Assembly: GCF_964355755.1 (NCBI RefSeq)
Contig: NC_092678.1
Location: forward strand, 12,956,352-13,020,351
Reading direction: 5' to 3'
From: Antedon mediterranea
Lineage: Eukaryota; Animalia; Echinodermata
Length of the DNA: 64,000 nucleotides
Made by a program: the position numbers and the translations under genes. Below, piece by piece: positions 24,801-36,800 of this stretch. Each line of letters starts with the position of its first letter. Position 1 is the first letter of the stretch. The notes beneath the pieces were generated by a model, which searched no databases, was not told the origin of the DNA, and saw only the letters and a list, made by a program, of their open reading frames with translations.

Positions 24801-27800
24801 AATAACATTGTCTTTCTAACTAGTAATTTACGTTAATTTGTCAATGTTGATCCAACGTTGAAATAACATTGTATTTTTAACTAGAAATTTACGTTAATTT
24901 ATCAATGTTGATCCAACGTTGAAATAACATTGTCTTTCTAACTAGTAATTTACGTTAATTTGTCAATGTTGATCCAACGTTGAAATAACATTGTATTTTT
25001 AACTAGAAATTTACGTTAATTTATCAATGTTGATCCAACGTTGAAATAACATAGTATTTTTAACTAGTAATTTACGTTAATTTATCAATGTTGATCCAAC
25101 GTTGAAATAACATTGTATTTTTAACTAGTAATTTACGTTAATTTATCAATGTTGATCCAACGTTGAAATAACATTGTATTTTTAACTAGTAATTTACGTT
25201 AATTTATTAATGTTGATCCAACGTTGAAATAACATTGTATTTTTAACTAGAAATTTACGTTAATTTATTAATGTTGATCCAACGTTGAAATAACATTGTC
25301 TTTCTAACTAGTAATTTAAGTTAATTTATCAATGTTGATCCAGCGTTGAAATAACATTGTATTTTTAACTAGTAATTTACGTTAATTTATCAATGTTGAT
25401 ACAACGTTGAAATAACATTGTCTTTATATCTAGAAATTTACGTTAATTTATCAATGTTGATCCAACGTTGAAATAACATTGTATTTTTAACAAGAAATTT
25501 ACGTTAATTTATCAATGTTGATCCAACGTTAAAATAACATTGTCCTTCTAACTAGTAATTTACGTTAATTTATCAATGTTGATTTAACGTTGAAATAACA
25601 TTGTCTTTCTAACTAGTAATTTACGTTAATTTGTCAATGTTGATCCAACGTTGAAATAACATTGTATTTTTAACTAGAAATTTTTTTCAAACAATTATTA
25701 TTTTTGTTTTTCAATGTTATTCCAACGTTATTTTAACGTTGAAATCCAGTTGTCATTTTCAAATGACATGTTTTCAACGTTGAAAAACTCTTGAAATTAT
25801 GTTGTTTTTTCAAACAATTATTATTTTTGTTTTTCAATGTTAATTAAACGTTAAATTAAAGATAAATTCTATTTAATAATTTGGTTAAAATGACATGTTT
25901 TTAACGTTTAATATTAAATAATATGTGTTTAAGTGCGTTGCCATTGATGTTTCAACGTTACATTAACATTAGATTTCAGTTGGCGGTTTATTTTATCATC
26001 CTTTATTGTAAAACAAATGATTATTGGTTATTTAGGAATTTTAGATTGACAAATATTATTGTCTCTGTATAATACAAAAATGTTCTAGAAGTTGTGTTGA
26101 AAATTGAATGATCATTCATGCAAGATCAAATTTCATAAGATACGAGCTTGTCATTGGTTAGTTTCGTTTTGATAAAATTTTGAAACTGGTGTCAGTAATT
26201 TCAGTTACTTCGACGTAGGCTAGGCGCGCCTACAGTAGTAGTGGTGTGTAGAAAAAAAAAGGCTCATCATTGAAATTGTCAAATAAGTATGTTTTCAGGT
26301 AGGAAAACAATCTTTTTTATTTGTAATCTACTAATTTATAAGCTTAGAGCTTGACTATTTTACCCTGATCAATAGCTAGCCTCTAGTCTACTGTAGTAAT
26401 GCATAGCTCTTGGGCGGATCCAGAGGGGGGGGGGGGGACCACGGGGTCCGGACCCATCCTAAATTTTAAGGGTGCCCTTTTTTTAGAGGTTCAATATTTT
26501 ATTCGTGTGACATATTTGTGTGTACAGAGTAGGCTACACTAACCCCAAAAATAAAAACAGAAATTTATCACAATGAGCGCGATGTTAAGTTACGGCGGCC
26601 GATCAAAGAGCATCGTGAGAGGTGGTGACGCGTGATGATCTCTACTTAAACTTCTAAAAATAGATCGTTTCACATACTACAGAGGGCGCATGTAAACTTT
26701 TTACGATTCAACTCCGCGTACGTTACCATGCGCGATATGTCATTGACGCGATTATTTGTCCATTGGTAAACACATTTTTATGTATTATTATTCTGAAAAT
26801 AATTGAACTGTAAACATAATTCTTTTGAGTATTTGTTTATTTACATATCATTCCATCAGATCAACTATTTTTTATTTCCATTACATCCAACCAAACATGT
26901 AAAAAATGTAGTTAAAATATCGTACTATCTAGCGCGTACGACCATACGCGGTAGATTGTTTACTCAAAAATCATCGAACGGTCCTTACACTATTCAACCT
27001 CTCATGACCTGGGATTTGTTTGTCTTCCTACGCCAAGATAATATAGCTCTACAAGCCATGTGCTTTTTTCTCTGAGAAATATTTATTATAAGTGGCAAAA
27101 AAATGTTTTTTTCTCGATATGAAGCCTTTATTATTCAAATCTTTTAAAGAAAAATCACACATACCATAAAGAAGGTTCATTTATTTCATTTTTGAAACAA
27201 TATTTGTGAAAATTACGTGAGGCTCAACTACAAAACCACCATTTTGTGATATGATGTCATCGTAAGCCAATCAAAGCTGAGCTTGCCCGCGATCGGCAGA
27301 GCTCACGGTTGAATGATTTTGGATTCTGGCTATTTGATTGGTGGACGCGAATCACCCACAGCGCGGAATGTTTTCTCTCGCGTGTGCCAAGAAGTCACGT
27401 GATCTCTCTGTACTGAACGGTAACTACACAAATTTAGAGCAATGAATTTGTACGAATTCCGTTAAATAAACAACTCTATATATTTTATAAACATTTAGGC
27501 CCTAATAACATATTTTATTGATATTTCCAATGTTGATATATAAAAGAAATTACTATAAAACGTAATTATATGTAATTATTTTAGCGAAAAATGGCGCAAT
27601 TTGTTAACGTTCGTGGCTAAAAACGATCATTTTCGGCAATTTTTTAGACCGTATATTTCGAAAACTACAAGTCAGATTTTCGTAATTCTTTCTTTATTGG
27701 AATATTGAAACAAAATACCAACAGATAATGTTTAAATTGGTTGAAAATAACAACTTTTAATTTTGCATCGTTATCCCTGCTAATAAAGTGTCATTTCCGG

Positions 27801-30800
27801 CGAACTAGAAAGGTGCCATTTATCATGGATTTTGCGTGCGAGAGTGCCATTTCCGGCCATCTAAGTGTGTCCTGTGACAAAATTCGCTTCGCCACAACCC
27901 CCACCATGGGGGGGCTGTGGCTCAAATACTCAATACCTGATGTGCCCTTTTTATCGGCGGACCCCCCCTCTCAAAAATGTCTGGATCCCAGGGGCGCAGC
28001 CAGCAAAGAATTAAAGGGGGGGTCAACCAATATGTGAGTATTTTGCGAGCGAAGCGAGCAACCATGGGCTGGGGGCCAGGGGGCCGCCAAGGGCCCCCGG
28101 TTGGGGTCCAGGGGGCGAAGCCCCCTGGAAGCTTTGGCGGTCTAGGGCAATCTAGATCATTTGAATCGGTTTACGCACACACAAATATGACATGTTAACA
28201 CTAAAAAACTGAAACAAAGAAAACAAAAAACAACTCTCATTTTCATTACAGAACATTTTTATATTCCAGGCTGCCACAGACAAACACTTTTTTTCTTGCT
28301 TGTTTGTTGATTTGTGTAGAGAGGCTGTTAACTCAGAGGAGGAATTATTTGAATTCCTCCCTTTTCACCAATACAAAAGTTGCATGAAATGAACGTAGAG
28401 ATGCAAAAGTTTGAAAAAAGAAATTAGAATGATAGCATGGAGGGAGTGATATTATTAAATGAGAACCGTAAGGTTAGAGTTCATACACTGTGGAAGTCCA
28501 AGAAGCTATCTTGGCTCCGTGTGTATGTGAGACGCTTATCATACCCAGTACATACAATATTTTGTTTAAAAATATACCTATTTTGTTCGAATGTATAGTA
28601 TAGGTGATAGCTTATACATAATTGTAATAACTAACTTCTAAATTATTATCATACATTTTACGTTAGTTACTATAAACGGCGCTCTTGACATCGCGTGATG
28701 CATCTTTAAACATAAGTTTGGAACATACATTCTTCTTGGCTTGGAGACAGAATTCGCGAATGACATTCTCTGTATTAATGTTCATGTTAAAGTGTATGTT
28801 CATGAGGCACAATCCCAAAAGCTGCTCATAAGACATGTGATTTCCCAAACAGGTTTTCGTTCTCCATAAATCGAAAAACTCAGACGTTACGGGCATAGGC
28901 CTACGCGATTAGAAGAAGTGCACGCACATTCGGGAACACATTTGGATCCGCTAATTTTACACAGTCGCTTCCATCACTGAAGCTCGGCGGAATGAAGATG
29001 TTCGTGTCTTGGCAGATCATCGTACCAAATTCAAGTTCCTTGAAGACTTCTTCAACATTACACTTCACTATAGACTCGGGTGCTACGCCAAATATTTTAA
29101 AGCATGGCCTGTTATCGGCAGAAAAACGGGTTTTTAACTCGGTTTGTAATCAAGAAGTTGATTTGGTAATACTGCTCGGCAGTAATCTTCCACAGTATCT
29201 CCAGGATGATTTGATCTGTATTGTTGTCTCATGTTTTTATTTATTTTTTCTAAAAAAAAGGGGGGGTCAGGACCCCCGTGACCCCCCCACTGGCTGCGCC
29301 CCTGGATCCGCCCCAGTTAAGCTAGGCTATACCTAGAGGCTAGGCCCTAGCCTAGGCCTAGGTAGGCTAGGCAGGCTGCCAAACTGATGAACTGAATTCA
29401 CTCACTAGGCCTAGTGGAAGCATTTAGTATCATGCCTGTCAAGGGGAAACATTTGCCTTGCCAAAGATAACTACAGTACTGTACTTATGGTTATAAAATG
29501 GTATGTATTAGGCCTTATTTAGTTCAATACTTTCTTTATTCGCCGTGGTTACGATTCCGGCACCGGAACTCAGCTTCCCACCGTTAGGGAATCCGACACG
29601 CTATTGCCCATACCCAGAGCGAAGTAATTATAGCTTGCACTAGTGCCACAGACCGCGCGCACCACATTACCCGAGAGTCGGAGTGTTAACTAGGGATGTA
29701 CTGTGTAGCCAAAGATATCTTTGCTGTGGCCTAGTTAGTCGTCGCGCGGGGGAGAGAGCGATGGATGAAACTTGGCCTAGGCCATACATGAATTAATAAT
29801 TACGCCACGCGTTAAAATAATTATTATGATATTGATAAGAATCAGCTTGCGTATTTCAAGAAATGTACGAAAATGAATAGCGTAGCGTTGCGACACTGAC
29901 TTCTCCTGAACAGTTCTGGTGTTTTTTTCACATCCGCACGGCGGCTGCTTTCAACAATTAAATCAACTTGTATATGATTGCATGAGGCCTACAGTATAAA
30001 TGCGTTATATGAAATCTTTTATTTTGTACTTGAAAAATCATAAAAATTAAAACTAGTCATGTAATTATAATTCATAATTATATAAACTTTATATATGAAT
30101 GAAGCAACGACTTTTTAAATTACGAAATAAATAGGCCCAATGGTCACATCTAGCTGGTAGGCCTACTAGTATTAGTAGGCATGTAGGCCGGCTAGTTCGC
30201 TGTGGCGCAGCTATTAAAATGATCCATCGCTGTAAAGCTTGGTTCCCACTAGAACGTAACGCAAGGACGTAAACGCAACGCAAGCGTTTTAACCAATGAC
30301 AAGCGAAGTTATAGACAGTTAGCAATCACAAGCGAATAAGCCATCGCTTGTGATTGGTCAATTCACTTGCGTTGCGTTACGTCCTTGTGTTGCGTCGTGT
30401 CGCTAGTGGGAACCACGCTTTAGTCTGTTGTAGACAAAAATAGAGTCGCCGATTACCTCGCTCTTGGAATGCGCAATAGCGTGTCGGATTCCCTAACGCT
30501 CGGCAGTTGAGTTCCGGTGCCGGAATCCAAACCACGGCGTAAATATTAATACAGTGTTGCAATATTATTTACATAAATTGAATTGATTGCATATTTTACG
30601 TGTAAGTGTGAAATGATGTTCTGAATTGAATTTTTGTTTATGTACAGTATGATTTTTGAACAATGTGTTAAAGATATATAATAGAACTGAACAATTTAAA
30701 AAAAAAAATGTTTTGTTGAATATGCCGTCACTATATAGTTGTTCACTTTGACCAAAAATTAGATTAAAAAAAATGCATTTGTAACTGAAAAGGGGGACAA

Positions 30801-33800
30801 TTTAAACAAACAATTGGTTTTTGGTTAAATATACTGTTTATTTTGTATTTTTGTTAAGTGAAATCTTTATTGTTTTTGTTTATTTTCTACGGCAAGTGAA
30901 TATCTAAATTGTTAAAATTGCAAAATGGCAAGGTATTCAAAGTATGATTGTATTAATCTTCATTGTTCATGTTTTTTGGGGACAATAAATATTTCAATTA
31001 ATTTTTTACTGTATTATTTTTTTTTTAAACTACAGTAACTTGATTGAATTTGTTTCAGGTTTGGAAAAATAATATTGTCACACTTTTGGAAAGCAAGGAC
31101 AATGTCAACACTGGAATCGAGGCAACTGTTTATTGACTAATCAGAACAATGCAATTACAGTATAGTGTGTGATCCACAAATTTCGATAGGTAACGCTAAA
31201 TTTTGTCGTTGTAAACGACAAAAATGGAACAATAGCGTCGATGTGAAAACTAAAAAATGTTATCAAATCTACGTTTCGCGGTACATCTGAGATAGATAAG
31301 GTAGGTATCCAAGGCGGAGATTTGTACCGAAGTTTTTGCATTGTGCTCGCCTATGTCAGAATTAACCATAATTTATATATAGATTCCAGAAGAAGTATAC
31401 TATTAATAAAAACTGTAATCCAAAAGAGTAATAAGTATAAGGAATGATCTGGAAGGTTATGAACATATTGTATATAAATGGAAGTATGACATTTGTAATA
31501 GAGGGAGAAGAAGGATTTTTGATTAAAGCATTTATTTTGAAGAAGGTTGGATATTAGATTGTAAAAGTTATTGTGAAGCCGTTGTTTAAAGTATTTACTG
31601 GATTGTTGAAAGTTGAAGTTGATTGAAATTAATTTTTAGTTATTTTACAACTTTGAGGATTTTGTTTATATACTTTTATGTCACAAGGGACTTCCTAAAG
31701 TATTTTCAACCGCTCGAAAACATACGTAAAATGAGTTCGTGACAAAGCATAGGAGAAATATTACCAATCTTTGGATGAGTTTATAGCAAATATAACATTT
31801 ACGCTTATTCATTTAGAACGATTTTGCTTTAGGTTCTGAAATGTAACGCTTACCTCCACATCCAATATCTGGTCTGTCCGAATACTCAAACTGAAAAAGA
31901 TTGGTAGAACCTAGAACTTTTGAGCTAACCGTTGAGTGCCACAACAAATCAGCCACCCCGACAAAACGTCGAGTGCCAGGAGCACTTTTACCATTTTTGT
32001 CGATTCCCAAGCGTACACGGAAAGTTGGCTTTGCGGCAATCTGAATGGTTCCAAGCTGTAAAATAAATAAAGCCTTAATACATTTTCTATCGCCCTAGTT
32101 AGTATTTTCTTCCTTTTGGAAAACTGAAAATGAAAAAAAAAAACACCCACGCCAATCGTGTTGAAATAAAGTAATTTATATAGGCCGAAAGAACATCTGT
32201 CAAGCCAAGCTTGATTTTTTCCTGGCTGATATTAGACCAACGGTTATTTCTTACTTATTATTATCATTCTGAGGAGGATGCTCGAAATATTCTCTCTCAT
32301 CATTCAAAACTTGAAGTAGGTTTCCTTGCATTTTTAACAAGCTTGCTTTGTGGAACCGTACATAAATGAATGATATACGGTAACTTTATTGCAGAATAAC
32401 TTACATTCAATCGAACAGGAGTTGGACCAGGCATACTTGTGTTTACCACTGGCGGCTGCAACAGCTCTGTGTATTCCGATTCAATGCTAATATACTGGAC
32501 GTTTTTCGACGTCATTATTGTAAAAGTTACGTCTACCGCTTTTCCTGTTGAGTTCCCCTTATGCCATATTGCAATCAATAGTATTACATCTTCACTAGAA
32601 ACATAGACCAGAATACAATATTAATTTGTTCGTTGTAGTCATAACAATTTCACCAACTATAAACATTCATGAATGTTTATACCTGTCAATCAAATAATGT
32701 ACATCAAACAGGAATTTTTAGAGATCATCGGTATTTTACATTCGTTTTCTAAATATCAGCATTATTTATAACAGACGTTACCGTATCAGCTACAGTATCA
32801 TCGTATTGATGGAAGATTAGATGATTAGTAAATATTCTGACGATGATTGTGAATTTGATATTATTTAGAATCAGTAGGTTTTTTATATTTGTAGCCTTGG
32901 CTACCAATCCAGTTTCTACATTTTTGGTTTAGTCTATACTTTTATTATATTAAAATAAACAGTTTTATCCAAGAAAGACGCATACCGTTTTACTCACCCT
33001 TTATAAAATGAATTAGTTTCGTATAAAATCTTAAATGACATCTTCGGTTCTTGGACTTTGTTAATCAATGTATGGACAGGTACTTCTCCAACCCAGATGT
33101 GAGTACCGTCACCAATCTGCATTCCTATTCCTAACCAGTGCTCAGAACCATTGACTACTTCGTCTGTATTGTCTAGAACAACTTCTACTTCAAACGCTAA
33201 GACGTTATTGGAAGCGTCTTGGTCGGTCACCTCGATAAATCCCTCAATCCGCGTCACCGAACAGTCTTTAAGAATGCCATAGACATCGTCGGTGGCAATG
33301 TACTGCGTCTGAAGAGCATAATAACAGAACTCTGTCGAGTATGTACAGTATAAAGAGTCACTAACAAATGAAACCGACACTTTGTTAATACTCCACTGGT
33401 TGCTTGTCTTGTTTGTTGAAAAGTTGTATGGCAGCGTGACTTCAATTATGGGATCGGCGATTCCTCTTGGAAACTCAACAACAAGGTTTATATGCACCGT
33501 TTGACCAACGTTAACATAGACGTTACCATCTTCAGACTGCTCGGTAACGTTCATCAAGAAATGCGGTAGTTTGCTGAAACCGACATTGACAGCTTCTTCT
33601 GCGGAGACTAAGCCGGGGTCATTAATCTCAGCCTTAATGTTAACTCGTAGATTAATTCCAGGTTTCACATCATCTATAAAAGCATGTACATATAAAATAA
33701 TTTGAAGCATGAATAGGTAGTAAATAACAGTTGATTTTATGATTCCCTCACAAACTAAAAAAAAACCCTGATGGATAAAATATCATTTTCTTTTATTTGT

Positions 33801-36800
33801 AATTCTAAAGCTAACGTTTTTTAAACATTCTCTAGTACTTTTTAGACAGGATGATATCTTTTGATGCACCTAGGTTGTAGATAAGAACCTTAAAACATTG
33901 TTAATCATCATCATCATTAATAGTGGTCAGATGTTTTGAAGTAACTTGTACTGTATACTAACACTTGCGACAGAATTAGCAAGCGATGCTCAGGACAGTA
34001 AACGATTCAACCATTTTAAAGATTTACTAATCAGTTTAATATTTACAGTGTAAAATTACAATTAATCTTCATAATAAAACACAATTTAATTACCATTAAC
34101 AGTAGAATTTATCGTCCCTTCAAATTGAATGTCAGATAAAAAGTAAGAAATACTACTAAAAGACAAGATAATTTCTGATGTAACACCTACGGCTGGGGTG
34201 ACAACAAAGTGGCTCTGAAAAAGAAAGTATAACTGAAGCATGATATCTCATAAATATAACAAACTGCAATATACTTTAAACAAGAAAATTCTACAATAAA
34301 ATAATCCCAGCAGATCGAAATATTGTTAAGGCAGAAATTACGCTGTTTAATATGAATAAAATTATTACTGTGACGTAAGTATAGTCATACAATGAAGCGT
34401 GAATATAGGTTCCATTTCACATAATCCCGTGACGTCATGGCTAACATAGACGGCAACAATTGCAAGATAGCTTTCCTATTTCCTAAACATAATTCTCTTT
34501 CTCTAAAATTGACCTCATGAACAGAAGAATGCCAAGTAACAAATAATTATTAAGAAAGAAACCAAACTTACTGTTTTGGTTGAGTTTGTATTTCCATTTC
34601 CTGTCAGAGTCCATACAAAAGGATTAGAGGACATATCGAACTGAAAACGAGGTTTATACTAGATTAAATTGAGTTTGTATTTCCGTTTCCTGTCAGAGTC
34701 CATACAAAAGGATTAGAGGACATATCGAACTGAAAACGAGGTTTATACTAGATTAGATTGAGTTTGTATTTCCGTTTCCTGTCAGAGTCCATACAAAAGG
34801 ATTAGAGGACATATCGAACTGAAAACGAGGTTTATACTAGATTAGATTGGGTTTGTATTTCCATTTCCTGTCAGAGTCAATACAAAAGGATTAGAGGACA
34901 TATCGAACTAAAAATGAGGTTTATACTAGATTAGATTGAGTTTGTATTTCCGTTTCCTGTCAGAGTCCATACAAAAGGATTAGAGGACATATCGAACTGA
35001 AAACGAGGTTTATACTAGATTAGATTGATTTTGTATTTCCATTTCCTGTCAGAGTCCATACAAAAGGATTAGAGGACATATCGAACTGAAAACGAGGTTT
35101 ATACTAGATTAAATTGAGTTTGTATTTCCGTTTCCTGTCAGAGTCCATAAAAAAGAATTAGAGGACATATCGAACTGAAAACGAGGTTTATACTAGATTA
35201 GATTGAGTGTGTATTTCCGTTTCCTGTCAGAGTCCATACAAAAGGATTAGAGGACATATCGAACTGAAAACGAGGTTTATACTAGATTAGATTGAGTTTG
35301 TATTTCCGTTTCCTGTCAGAGTCCATACAAAAGGATTAGAGGACATATCGAACTGAAAACGAGGTTTATACTAGATTAGATTGGGTTTGTATTTCCATTT
35401 CCTGTCAGAGTCAATACAAAAGGATTAGAGGACATATCGAACTAAAAATGAGGTTTATACTAGATTAGATTGAGTTTGTATTTCCGTTTCCTGTCAGAGT
35501 CCATACAAAAGGATTAGAGGACATGTCGAACTGAAAATGAGTTTTATACTAGATTAGATTGATTTTGTATTTCCATTTCCTGTCAGAGTCCATACAAAAG
35601 GATTAGAGGACATATCGAACTGAAAATGAGGTTTATACTAGATTAGATTGAGTTTGTATTTCCGTTTCCTGTCAGAGTCCATACAAAAGGATTAGATGAC
35701 ATATCGAACTGAAAATGAGGTTTATACTAGATTAGATTGAGTTTGTATTTCCATTTCCTGTCAGAGTCCATACAAAAGGATTAGAGGACATATCGAACTG
35801 AAAATGAGGTTTATACTAGATTAGATTGAGTTTGTATTTCCGTTTCTTGTCAGAGTCCATACAAAAGGATTAGAGGACATATCGAACTGAAAACGAGGTT
35901 TATACTAGATTAGATTTACTGTAAGTGATGTTGACGACTCTCAATAGCTCATCTTTTATACTAATTATGATAATTAATCTTATTTTTTTTTGTATTTTAC
36001 CCAACAAAGACCTAAAATGCTGATAATGCATTTGCAGCTCATATACTGTGGAACAATTAAACATTTCTCTAATTCAACTCATGATACACATTCTATTGAA
36101 GTTGTCAAAACCCTTTTTTATTTTTTTCCCATCTTAAAAGTGCTCTGGGGCTATACAAATTCGACAACATCAAATTTAACGTGCCTATGCGAATATTGCC
36201 GTTATATTACACACGCATAAGCTTTAAACTTTGACCCAATGTATTTAAATTATTCATATTTTATTTTTATTGTATTTTATTAATTTGAAATTAAAATGTT
36301 ATGTTTCAAAGAAGAATCAAATTTATTTAGTTACCAGAGAAAAAGATTGATAGAGATGGCAGCAGAAATATTACTTACTTTACTATTATTGCCTCGTATT
36401 TCAAACGTATCACCTCCAAACCGCTAGAACTTACACATCATAATTCCGTAAAGCTAGTGGTATTCTAGTTAAATTTAGCCGTACGGTAAACAGTATACTA
36501 ACGGGAATTACGTATGTGCATGTTAACTGAGAGTTGGTAGGGTACAAGTAAAGAAAACCAGGTTGATATTCTTAAAGATTAGTTAAATGAAACAGAGTAA
36601 TATATTATAAGCATGTATTCATGTTAGTTCTACTGTCACAGTGCCTTAGATAAGCACTTTCACGATAATAAAGATATATACCTCCATATTTTCAGCTGTA
36701 AGGGTGACTGTAAAGTCTGTTCCGGATGTCAATCCAGTAGTATTGATGAAGAAGTCCGTCTTCACTTTGTCTCCTGCTCCATAGTAGAATTTTGAATCGT

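Noticed and set aside
24527-35916. CRISPR-like appearance of the regular 61-bp and 89-bp arrays (also the 47-bp array)
   Set aside because: Units are contiguous with no unique spacers, there are no cas genes, and the context is eukaryotic introns.
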